Positions 8,904-18,700 of a stretch of DNA of 64,000 nucleotides are shown piece after piece. How positions within the stretch are numbered: the stretch's first letter is position 1; the number at the start of each line of letters is the position of its first letter. Under the pieces are notes generated by a model that made no database searches, was not told where the DNA came from, and worked only from the letters and a program-made list of their open reading frames with translations. The translations under genes were made by a program, and so were the position numbers. Location of the stretch: the NCBI GenBank assembly GCA_030430575.1, contig JAUIKF010000008.1, positions 21,074-85,073 on the forward strand. The letters are read 5' to 3'. Origin of the DNA: Bacteroidia bacterium (GTDB taxonomy: Bacteria; Bacteroidota; Bacteroidia; J057).

Positions 8904-11900
8904 ATGGCTAACCTACCCGTCATATTCCTGGCATTTGCCAATGAGCGCGAAGACGAAGCGCGCTACTTGCGCGCGCTGGCTGTGGAGCAGCGTCAGTTGA
9001 AAGCTGCCCTGGAACAAGCAGTAGATGCGGGGCTATGCGAACTGGTCATTGAGTCGAATGCGACCATTGATAGCATCATGGATACATTCCAGCGGGCACG
9101 CTACAAAGACCGCATCGCGGTATTTCACTATGGGGGTCATGCAGATGGCTTTCAGCTACTACTTGAAACCGAAACGGATCGCAATGAAGTGGCACATGGA
9201 GAAGGGTTGGTTTCCTTCCTGGGTGGGCAAAATAGCTTACAGCTTATTTTTCTCAATGGCTGCGTGACGCATCAGCAAGCAGAAGAACTCACCCAAGCGG
9301 GGGTTCCCGCTGTTATTGGCACCTCCAATTCCATCAACGACAAGATCGCGACCCAGCTCTCCTCTCGCTTCTATGCAGGCCTGGCCAACGGAGCCACGCT
9401 CACCCGCGCCTGGAAGGAAGCCCAGGATGAGATCAAGATCAAAAAGGGTACGGGAAATGTCCGTGGGCTATATTTCAGGAAAGAAGCCAAAGGGGAAGAA
9501 CGCTTTCCCTGGGAGCTGTATCTGCGCGAAGGAGCGGAGATTGTACAGGAATGGAACCTGCCTGAGGCGGTGGACAATCCCCTCTTTGGCCTCCCAGATT
9601 TACCTTTATCCTACAAACTTCCCGATCAACCGTACCGCTTTTTGGAGCGCTATTATGAGGGACATGCAGAGATTTTCTTTGGGCGTTCTTATGCGATCAG
9701 GGATCTGTATGAACGAACGGCTGCGGCTCAGGGCGCGCCGATCATTTTGTTTTATGGGCAGTCAGGGGTGGGAAAATCGTCTTTACTGGATGCAGGGCTC
9801 TTACCTCGTCTTCGTCAAGACTTCGAAGTGGTATATGCGCGTCGTAGCCAACGAATAGGGCTAGGCGATACGCTTGGCCATGCCTTGGGTCAAGTCTCAG
9901 GTGCTTCTTCTATGGAAGAAGGCCCGATTCGGAGCTTCTCTGGCGCACAATTTAAACGCGAGCAGGAGGCTGAACGCATTCAGCAGATGGAAGCGCTGGC
10001 TGCAGGGATGGAAGGGGAAGCCAAAGCGCAAATCTTGCAGGTACTGGCTGATCTCAAATCCCAAAATGGTCATGCCCCTTCTCCTATTTCACCTACCGAG
10101 CTTCCTCCTACAGACTCCTTATTGGAACAGTGGAAGGCCATAGAGACAGAGACAGGGCGTCCCCTGGTGGTCTTGCTTGACCAGGCAGAAGAAATGTTTA
10201 CCCGGCCCTGGAGCCATCAACAAGATGAGCTTCAGGCGTTTTTAGCGGAGGTAAAGTCTATTTTTGGGCGAGGTGATCGCAGACCCAAAGGCAAATTGAT
10301 CCTCAGTTATCGCAAAGAATACAATCCTGAGATAGAAGAAGCCTTCAAAAAGCAAAAGCTTCCGCGCGAGAAGGTATTCCTCAAACAACTCAGCAAGAAA
10401 GACATCACAGAAGTAGTTCATGGACTTGGCAAAAATGAACGGCTCAAGAACCTCTATCACTTGAGTGTGGAGCCAGGGTTGGGGGAAATGATTGCAGATG
10501 ATTTGTTGGTAGACAAAGACTCTCCTATTGCGCCCGTCTTGCAGATTTTGTTGACAAAAATGTGGCTGAATGTCGAGCGGGACGAAAATCGATATTTTAC
10601 CATCGCCGCATACCAGGACCTGCGAAAGGACGGCATCTTGATGGAGGACTTCCTGGAAGAGCAGCTAGCCAAATGCCGCAGTTGGCGACCTGAGATCGTG
10701 GATTCTGGCCTTGCGCTTGATTTACTCAATTATCATACGACCTCTTTGGGAACTGCTGAAACGCATGACCTAGCCGAAATCCGTGCGCGATATGCCCACC
10801 GTCAGGACGTCCTTGACGACCTGGTCAGCAAACTCAAGGAGCTCTACCTCCTCACCGACGCTGGCGCGGAGATGACAGGCCTGGCTCATGATACCTTGGC
10901 GCCGCTGGTAAAGCAGATGATCAGGAACTCTGATCAGCCCGGTCACCGCGCCTTGCGCATCATCCAGCAGAAGACGCCCGAGTATGTCAAAGATCACGAA
11001 AATGTGATCGATGAAGCAGACCTCAAAATCGTCGAAGCAGGCTACCTAGGCATGCGCATGTGGTCTGATACAGAGCGAGAACTCGTGGAAGCCAGCCGTA
11101 AGAAGCGGGTGAAAGCAGCGCGCTTTCGCAAGAATTTGAGGCGACTGGCGGTGCTGGCAGTGTTGCTGATTTTGATGGGCTTGGTGTGGGCGCTGTATGA
11201 GCAAGGGGTAGCAGTGGAGAAGGCAGAATTAGCCAATAGAAAAACAGCAGAGGCTGATAGTAGTGCACAGGTGGCTATTCAGAAAGCAATTGAGGCAGAT
11301 AGTTCTGAAAAAGCTGCTCGGGCGGCAGAGCAGGTAGCATTAGCGGCAAAACAGGATGCGCTAGATGAAAAGGCTCGGGCTGATAGTGCTAAAAATGCTG
11401 AGGTTGAGGCCAACGCTAGGTTAAAGGAAGCAATAGCAGAAGTGAGGGCTGAAAAGCAACGTGCAGACGAAAGTACGGATGCAGCCATTCGAGCAAATGA
11501 TTCTCTCCAAATACAAAAGGATGTAGCAGAAGAGAAAACAAAACTTGCTAAGACAAACGCCGCCAGAGCCGATTCCCTCCGCGAACTCTCACTCGCCAAA
11601 ACCCTGGCGATCAAGTCCTTAGGCGTAGAACAAGATTCCACTCAAGGCATACTGGCCATGCAAGCCTACGCCTTGAATAAGGCTAAAAATGGGGACCCAT
11701 TGGACCCAGATATCTACCGCGCTTTGCACGATGCATGGCAAACGTTTGAAGGACATCAGCGCAACCAATACCGCGCACACGATAGCAATGCCCAGGTAAG
11801 GGCATTGCGCTACACCTCAAATGGGCGCCTATTTTCTACGGGAAGTGATGGGCGGCTTTTTGAGTGGCAAATTGGTGATGCTTTCACTCCACCAAGAGCC

Positions 11901-12866
11901 AGTCCTCCCCTGACAGAAGTCCCTCAGGTCAACCTGGCCTTGGCAGCCAGTAGCCAGGGAGATTGGCTTGCTGGCACTAACTGGCGGGTAGGGACCTCCA
12001 GCACAAAATCGCTACAGGAATTTCCTGTCGCACAATCTCCCCTGGCTGCGATAGAGATCGGCGCATTTCCTCAAGGCGATGCGCAACAACTAACCTTTTT
12101 GCCTGGCCAAAACGCTTTCTTCTTCACGAGCCGGGCAGACGACACTTTGCGGTATTATCACCTGGACCAAAAGCGCGTAAAGCCCGTCTCAACGACAGGA
12201 GCTATCTCTAGGGCATTGGCTATCAGTCCAGATGGCCGCTGGCTAGCCCTCATCACCGACCGGGCAGATATCCTGCTCTATTCGCTCAATCCCCCTTCCC
12301 TCCCTGACCAATTGCCAGCACCAGAAATCATATTCCATGGCTCCCCCGCTATTGCAGGCAAGCAATATGCGATTGCTTTCAGTAAGTTGATGGCAAACGG
12401 GCAGTATCAGTTGGCTTGTGGGTTGGGCAAAAAGGAGAAAACAGAAATACATTTATTTACCATCAACTCGGTAGGCAGGCGTATCCAGCACGATCATTTT
12501 TTGGGGCACAATGCGCCCATTAACGAAATAGTGTTTCACCCCCAAAGTGCCCTTATGGCATCTGCTAGTCAGGATGGGACGACACGGATTTGGCAGACGG
12601 CCAGGCCGTTGGATTTACCTATTATCCTTGAATATGTCTCTGCCGCCAGCAACCGAAAGGTATGGGCCACGACCCTCAGTTTCAGCCGGGGAGGCAGGGA
12701 GCTCATTACAGGGTATAATGATGGGATGGTCAAGGTATGGCCTGTCTATGCATCAGATATCGCCAAGGAATTATGCCCTTTGCTTCAAGGGAAACAGCTT
12801 TCACAAGAGGAATGGATTCGTTATGCCAATACAACGGAAAAACTGTCTGAATATCAGTGTAATTAA
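8904..12866 (+). CDS. STAND-like signalling protein: CHAT-like (caspase-fold) domain, P-loop NTPase, one TM helix, coiled coil, WD40 beta-propeller
   Basis: The N-terminus carries a His/Cys dyad in the 'VFHYGGHADG' and 'IFLNGCVTH' motifs, a CHAT-like caspase fold. Walker A 'LFYGQSGVGKSSLLDAG'. Hydrophobic helix 'LAVLAVLLILMGLVWALY' at ~aa 750. An Ala/Glu/Lys coiled coil follows. C-terminal WD40 repeats ('DGRLFEW', 'DGTTRIWQ', 'GMVKVWP'). Confidence 0.8.
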   Translation: MANLPVIFLAFANEREDEARYLRALAVEQRQLKAALEQAVDAGLCELVIESNATIDSIMDTFQRARYKDRIAVFHYGGHADGFQLLLETETDRNEVAHGEGLVSFLGGQNSLQLIFLNGCVTHQQAEELTQAGVPAVIGTSNSINDKIATQLSSRFYAGLANGATLTRAWKEAQDEIKIKKGTGNVRGLYFRKEAKGEERFPWELYLREGAEIVQEWNLPEAVDNPLFGLPDLPLSYKLPDQPYRFLERYYEGHAEIFFGRSYAIRDLYERTAAAQGAPIILFYGQSGVGKSSLLDAGLLPRLRQDFEVVYARRSQRIGLGDTLGHALGQVSGASSMEEGPIRSFSGAQFKREQEAERIQQMEALAAGMEGEAKAQILQVLADLKSQNGHAPSPISPTELPPTDSLLEQWKAIETETGRPLVVLLDQAEEMFTRPWSHQQDELQAFLAEVKSIFGRGDRRPKGKLILSYRKEYNPEIEEAFKKQKLPREKVFLKQLSKKDITEVVHGLGKNERLKNLYHLSVEPGLGEMIADDLLVDKDSPIAPVLQILLTKMWLNVERDENRYFTIAAYQDLRKDGILMEDFLEEQLAKCRSWRPEIVDSGLALDLLNYHTTSLGTAETHDLAEIRARYAHRQDVLDDLVSKLKELYLLTDAGAEMTGLAHDTLAPLVKQMIRNSDQPGHRALRIIQQKTPEYVKDHENVIDEADLKIVEAGYLGMRMWSDTERELVEASRKKRVKAARFRKNLRRLAVLAVLLILMGLVWALYEQGVAVEKAELANRKTAEADSSAQVAIQKAIEADSSEKAARAAEQVALAAKQDALDEKARADSAKNAEVEANARLKEAIAEVRAEKQRADESTDAAIRANDSLQIQKDVAEEKTKLAKTNAARADSLRELSLAKTLAIKSLGVEQDSTQGILAMQAYALNKAKNGDPLDPDIYRALHDAWQTFEGHQRNQYRAHDSNAQVRALRYTSNGRLFSTGSDGRLFEWQIGDAFTPPRASPPLTEVPQVNLALAASSQGDWLAGTNWRVGTSSTKSLQEFPVAQSPLAAIEIGAFPQGDAQQLTFLPGQNAFFFTSRADDTLRYYHLDQKRVKPVSTTGAISRALAISPDGRWLALITDRADILLYSLNPPSLPDQLPAPEIIFHGSPAIAGKQYAIAFSKLMANGQYQLACGLGKKEKTEIHLFTINSVGRRIQHDHFLGHNAPINEIVFHPQSALMASASQDGTTRIWQTARPLDLPIILEYVSAASNRKVWATTLSFSRGGRELITGYNDGMVKVWPVYASDIAKELCPLLQGKQLSQEEWIRYANTTEKLSEYQCN

Positions 12867-12904
12867 GGCTTGAAACATGTTCATTCCCAACTACCTATTT
12901 TATC

Positions 12905-14149
12905 ATGTACGCATCCCCATATTCGGTTAGGCTTCTTCTCTTCCTCTGGGTGCTCCTGCTTTTGAGCACTCCGCTCTCTGCTCAGGACGCTATGAACGGT
13001 TGCAACAACGCCTACCCCAGGGCCTTACAAAGCTTCAATGATGGCAACATAGAAGACGCCATACAGTTACTGAATCCCTGCCTTACAGACGTCCGAAAGG
13101 GAGAAGGCCTGACAGGCAACCTGCGTATAGAAGGCCTAAGGTTGTTAACAATCTGTCATCTTTATGTACAGAATGATGCCGAAGCGACCCAAAGAATGAA
13201 AATGCTGCTAAAGGTAGCCCCATCCTATGAAATCAGGAGTACTGACCCGATTGAATTTCGCTATCTCTATTATACTTTTCGCACCGATCCCTTCTTATTT
13301 ATCAATGCTAAACTAAACGCTAACCTCACCTTCCCGATTGTCACCAATAGTTATACAATAGATCACAATCGTGCGGGAGATCGACAAGATGCTTACAGAG
13401 AACGAGTGGACGGAGGCGTACTCCTAGGTATAGATGTTCCCTTAAATAGGCAGGTCATGCCCGCCTTTGGCCAGCGGTTGAAACACCGCGACACCGTAGG
13501 AATTGGATTCTTCTCCCTGCAACTGGAGTTGGCTTATCAGCGGCATAGCTACCTGTATGAGCATGAAATGCATACCGACCCTTCACTCAACCTCAATTAT
13601 ACAACCGTTCTGTTTCGTGAGTCTCAGCAGTGGCTGGAAGTACCTATTGCCCTGAAATATACGCCCCCTTCCAAACGGTCTATCCGACCTGGCTACCGAG
13701 AAGTGGAAGGGTTCTGGTTGTTTAATCGGGTGGTTCCCTATGTCTTTGTGGGAGGAGCGGCTCACGTCTTGCTACAAAGCAAATTCTCTAGCCTCAACCG
13801 AATCGCTGACAACCGGCAATTGAACAATCCCCCCGTTGTGGAACTGACTGTCATTGATCGCAATGACCAAGAGCAGACAACCACCCGCTTACCGCGCAAG
13901 CGCTACAATTTTTCAGTCATGGGAGGGGTCGGTGCCAAATGGTGGGCGGGCCGGGATTATATCACGGCAGAATTGCGCTTCAACCAAAAGCTGGTGAATT
14001 TTATCGATGTTCAAAACCGTTACCAAAATCAAACCTTGTCGCATCTGTTTGGCTATGTCGATAGTGATGCGCTCTTGCAGCATTTTTCTTTTTGGCTAGG
14101 GTATCAACATCCCATTTTTCGACCTAGACAGAAAAAAGAAAAAAAATGA
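12905..14149 (+). CDS. Secreted protein, possible outer-membrane beta-barrel (414 aa)
   Basis: Signal peptide. The second half has alternating amphipathic beta-strand character. Lies 38 nt downstream of the CHAT-like/NTPase/WD40 gene on the same strand. Confidence 0.55.
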   Translation: MYASPYSVRLLLFLWVLLLLSTPLSAQDAMNGCNNAYPRALQSFNDGNIEDAIQLLNPCLTDVRKGEGLTGNLRIEGLRLLTICHLYVQNDAEATQRMKMLLKVAPSYEIRSTDPIEFRYLYYTFRTDPFLFINAKLNANLTFPIVTNSYTIDHNRAGDRQDAYRERVDGGVLLGIDVPLNRQVMPAFGQRLKHRDTVGIGFFSLQLELAYQRHSYLYEHEMHTDPSLNLNYTTVLFRESQQWLEVPIALKYTPPSKRSIRPGYREVEGFWLFNRVVPYVFVGGAAHVLLQSKFSSLNRIADNRQLNNPPVVELTVIDRNDQEQTTTRLPRKRYNFSVMGGVGAKWWAGRDYITAELRFNQKLVNFIDVQNRYQNQTLSHLFGYVDSDALLQHFSFWLGYQHPIFRPRQKKEKK

Positions 14150-14156
14150 AATACGC

Positions 14157-15497
14157 ATGAATTGTATCAGCAATACAGGAATAGAGATAAGGGATAAACG
14201 GGTTGAGAAAATAGCTCCCCTTAAAAGCTATGCTTCTTTCATCAAGCTGGCAGCCTTGCAGGTGATCGCTTTGCTTTTGTGGGGTTGTTCGCCTTCTGAC
14301 ACCCCTTCCCCCGATCAGGCAGATCGCTTTATCAAAATATTCGGCGGAGCAAACAATGAATTGGCAGCAGGGCTCTCACTAGACGATGATGGTGGATACA
14401 GGATTCTTGGAACTACCTATTCTACCGAAGACCCTATGGAAGCGAACAGGCATTCGGATATCTATATCGTGAAGACAAATGTGTATGGCGATGCGCAATG
14501 GTCTCGCAGGTTTGACTTTCAGCAAGGCCATGACTTCGCTCATGACCTGACAACCTTTGGTAGCCACAACATCCTTTTGGCTTCTGCCACAGATACCGCA
14601 ACTGACCACAAACACCTATGGGTCCTGGACCTAGACTTTGCGGGGGCTAGTCAAACGCTGGTGGATTTCACCTTCTCCGTTGAAGGTCATGACTTCGAAG
14701 GGGCCTCAATTCTTCCCTTAGATGATGGGGTCCTCATTTTGGGTACGACAACGTGGGTCGATACCGAAAAGGCTACGCCTTCGGGAGGCTTTGTCGGTGA
14801 CAGTACAGACATCTTTTTGGCACAATTCTCTCTTCAAGGGGATACCCTTTGGAGCCGAAGATTGGGGTTTGAAGGCACGGACCGTGGGGTAAAAGTCCTG
14901 GCCCAGGCTGAAGGGGGGTATGTATTCCTTGCCCAGACAGATTTTGGGGAGGATCCCGACGCCGCAGGCTTGGGGACTTACCTTGCCATTACCAATTCTT
15001 TTGGCGTACCTACGATCACCCGACGGATAGAGCAGGTGATCCCAGGGGATCTGCAAGCCACGGCTGACGGAGGGTATGTCATGATTGGGACTTCTTACCA
15101 ATCGGGAGATTCCTTGCTCTATTTAGCTAAGCTAAATCCCTGGCTGGAACTGGTATGGACGCAAACTTACGAAGGTCTTGGGACCGCCAGTGGGCGGTCT
15201 TTGGCCGTGGTTCAGGCGGAAGGTTCTGGAGAACGCTATTTACTTGGAGGCCATACCCGTACTGCTCAAGCAGAGGATTCAGACCTTTACCTCACCTTAG
15301 TAGATGAATCAGGGGTCGAGCTCTGGACAGATGATGGCAAAGGCCTAAGGACGTATGGAGGCCCACAAGATGAAATCTGTCGCGCTGTAAAAATGACGGA
15401 TGATGGTGGCTTTGCAGTGCTCAGCAGTCAGGAATTCGGAGAAACCTTTATCATGAATTTGTTGAAGGTAAATGCGGAGGGGCGGTTGGATCCTTGA
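14157..15497 (+). CDS. Lipoprotein with beta-propeller-like repeats (446 aa)
   Basis: Lipobox 'LLWGCSPS'. Repeated 'DGGY…LGTT / DGGYV' blades. Lies 7 nt after the preceding gene. Confidence 0.6.
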   Translation: MNCISNTGIEIRDKRVEKIAPLKSYASFIKLAALQVIALLLWGCSPSDTPSPDQADRFIKIFGGANNELAAGLSLDDDGGYRILGTTYSTEDPMEANRHSDIYIVKTNVYGDAQWSRRFDFQQGHDFAHDLTTFGSHNILLASATDTATDHKHLWVLDLDFAGASQTLVDFTFSVEGHDFEGASILPLDDGVLILGTTTWVDTEKATPSGGFVGDSTDIFLAQFSLQGDTLWSRRLGFEGTDRGVKVLAQAEGGYVFLAQTDFGEDPDAAGLGTYLAITNSFGVPTITRRIEQVIPGDLQATADGGYVMIGTSYQSGDSLLYLAKLNPWLELVWTQTYEGLGTASGRSLAVVQAEGSGERYLLGGHTRTAQAEDSDLYLTLVDESGVELWTDDGKGLRTYGGPQDEICRAVKMTDDGGFAVLSSQEFGETFIMNLLKVNAEGRLDP

Positions 15498-15612
15498 GAC
15501 CGCTCGCCCTTCGGGCTCGCTGCGAGAGGCGAGATCGTTCGCGCCTTCGGCACTCACTGCGAGACCGCTCGGCTCGAAGACTCGCCGAGCTTCGAGACAA
15601 GAGACTTCCTTC
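15486..15612. repeat. Family-A palindromic repeat element (short copy)
   Basis: 'gagaccgctcg…ctcgctgcgagaggcgagatcgttcgcgcc…cactgcgagaccgctcggctcgaagactc'. Confidence 0.8.
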
Positions 15613-15787
15613 ACGCTCATACTGACAGTGGTTGGGCTTTGTGGGAAGCCCCCTTGTGCGGTGGCAATGTGGGCAGGAGAAGGGGGCGGCTGGTGCAATA
15701 GGGGATGTTCCTTCCCTCCAAGATAGCACGGCCAGGAGCCTCCCGTATGAGCTATACTTTTTAGATTTTTTTGCAATTTAGATCACG

Positions 15788-18700
15788 ATGAAATACCTCT
15801 CCATACTTTTATCTCTACTTTTTCTCTCCCACCACCTTTCGGCCCAAACACGGACTGTCACCAGCACAGCAGACGCTGGCGCAGGCAGCCTGCGAGAAAC
15901 CATTAGCCTCGCCAACTCAGGCGATAGCATTGTGATTGATGCGTCCTTGGCAGGGGATACAATCTTTTTAGCAAGCGAAATTTTACTCGATAAAAACCTG
16001 ACTATCAGTGGCCTTGGCACTACATGTCCTGGAAGCATTACCCTTGACGCCCAAAGCAATGGACGTATTTTTCGTGTCGACACATTTGCAACAGTGGTAA
16101 TCGACCATCTGACCTTTTCCCAAGGCATTGCTGGTGATGGGGGGGCGATATACAATGAAGGAAACTTAACGATTACCTGTGCCTATTTCACCTTAAACAA
16201 AGCCATCTATGGAGGCGCTATTTATTCCATTGCTTCGCCTGGAAATCCTTGTTCCCTGACCCTTACTGACTGTGATTTTCATATCAATGGTTTTTTGGGA
16301 ATATGTGAAGAAGGAGGGGCAATCTTTAACAATGGTCTCCAAGAAAACTGTACGGTCTTGGCTACCGATTGTCGGTTTCGTAACTGTGTCGCCCAGCAAA
16401 TCAATGCCTCTACCAGTGGAGGCGCGATCTTAAACAAGGGGGCTTCTGCGGGTGCTACCTTTAGGAGTTGCATATTTGACGCAAATGGTGTCCTGGCTTT
16501 CAGCTTGCCTTTTTCTTCTCCTGAAAAAGGAATTGGAGGTGCCATTGCGAATATGGGGGGCACCCTTCACTTACTAGATTGCTCTACTATCACCCACAAT
16601 CAAGCCCAAGGCGGCCTTACCTATGGCGGAGCGATCTACAACGATACCGCAAGTACCTGCTCCTTGACCCGTTGTAAGCTATCCAACAATGATACAGGAG
16701 ACCTTGGTGGGGCTATTGCCAATTTTGGTACCCTGACCATATTTGAATCTGAGTTCATCAACAATGTGGCCATTGGCACAGATGGCGTTGGCGGGGGGGT
16801 TTACGAGAGTGGTTTGGGGTCGATTTCGATTCGAAACTCCACCTTCGAGCGCAATAATGCGCTCTCAGATGGCGGCAGCCTTTACCTCAATTATGCTTCT
16901 ACCCAATCAGCTGCCCCAGAGATTCTCAACAATACATTTTCGGCGAATGCAACGGGGAAAAGAGGGGGGGCATTATTCGTTACAGGCCAAAATCAATTGG
17001 CTCTTATCCATTGCACATTTGTCCAAAATACAGCTACTGACTCAGGAGGCGCTATTTATATCACACCATTGCCAGTAGTTTCTCTCCAAAACAACCTCAT
17101 CGCAGACAATGTGTCGAACGGAGGCCCTGACCTGATGGGCCTAAACAACGCTACCATCACCTCCCTTGGCGGCAACCTGATCGGCAATGGTTCGGACAGC
17201 AATATCCCTTTGTTGCCCAGTGATTTGTCAGGCACATTCATCAATCCAATCGATCCGCAAGTAGCGGCTTTAGGCTACTATGGCGGGCCTACCGCCACCC
17301 ATTTTCTAGAATCAACTAGCCCCGCAATAGATGCGGCAGTGGGAATGCCCATCTCCACTGACCAGCGAGGGACACGTCGGACAGCCATCTCCGATATCGG
17401 TGCGTTTGAACTGCATCGGGTAATGCTCAGGCCTGCTGATTCGCTCCACTTATGCATCGGTTCGCCCTTTGCCAAAATGGACAGTATCGTCATTGTAGAC
17501 TCTACGGGAGGCGCTATTCATCCAGGTCCTTCCCAGGCCTTGTTATTGGACCTGCCAGTGGGATTTCGACTGCTCCAGGGACAAGGCGAAGTCACGCTCC
17601 ATGGCAATGGCCTCAGCAATCCCTCTATCTTTGTGAGTGATTCGGTCGTGATTGTCTTCTTTGATCGTTCTACAGAAATCGGATTTCAGAAGATCGTGAT
17701 CAGCGACCTGCTTGTCCGTGCCACTCAGGCAGGCACTGGCAACCTGGTACGGCGCGTCAGCAACGCCGCGATCATTGGAGACTCTCCAATGGATAGCTTG
17801 AGCCACGCTTTTTTAAGTGCTTCGGCGCTGGCTCCTTTACGCCCCCCAGACGCCGTATTTACGGTGTGTGCCGATACAGGCGAAGTGCCTGTAGCCATTC
17901 CCCTCACTTCTCCCCTACTGAATGGCAATGCCATGGTCTGGTATGCTTCCCCAAACGATATAGGGCTTAGCAGCTTAGATACCACAATAGTCTTTAGCAA
18001 TTATCAATTTACTGACACCTGTTATTTTGCCCTACACAACCCTTGCAACCTCTTTTTTTATGTGACTCAAATAGATAACAACGGCTGTGAGAGTCGGCCA
18101 GCGACCATAGAAATAGATGCTAATCCAGTTCCCGATGCGCCAAATCCCCTTTTTTCCGCCGATTTATCCTATTGTGAAGGGACTGCGTCTCCCAGCCTTC
18201 AACTGGTCCCCAATACCGGTGCCACTTACTTTTGGTACGATGCTGGCGGCACTTTGCTAGATAGTACTGTCCTTAGCTCGTATGACCTTGAATTAGATTC
18301 ACTCCAGTTTGATCAAGACTCGAGCTTTGTATTTACGGTAAGGCAAAAAGTCAATGGATGCCTGAGCCGCGATGCACAGCCCTTTACCCTCCTGGGGCGT
18401 GCCAAGCTTCCCATCTCCTTTGAAGCGAAGCACTTGTGTCTAGGAGAATCCACAGACTTTCATGCAGTCGCACCACCGGCGGCGACCTCCTTTACCTGGA
18501 ATTTCTCCAGTGGACTCAATAGTGGCGTTATCCATACGAGCGGCCCAGACACCTCAATCGTCATCCAAAATACAGGGTTTATTGTAATCGAATTGACAGT
18601 AGAAGACTCCTTTGGCTGCAAGAGCAGTTATGAAGATTTTATACTGGTCAAAGACTTAGGGGCAGCATTTACTTGGTCTAGAATCTGTGAGCAGGATATC

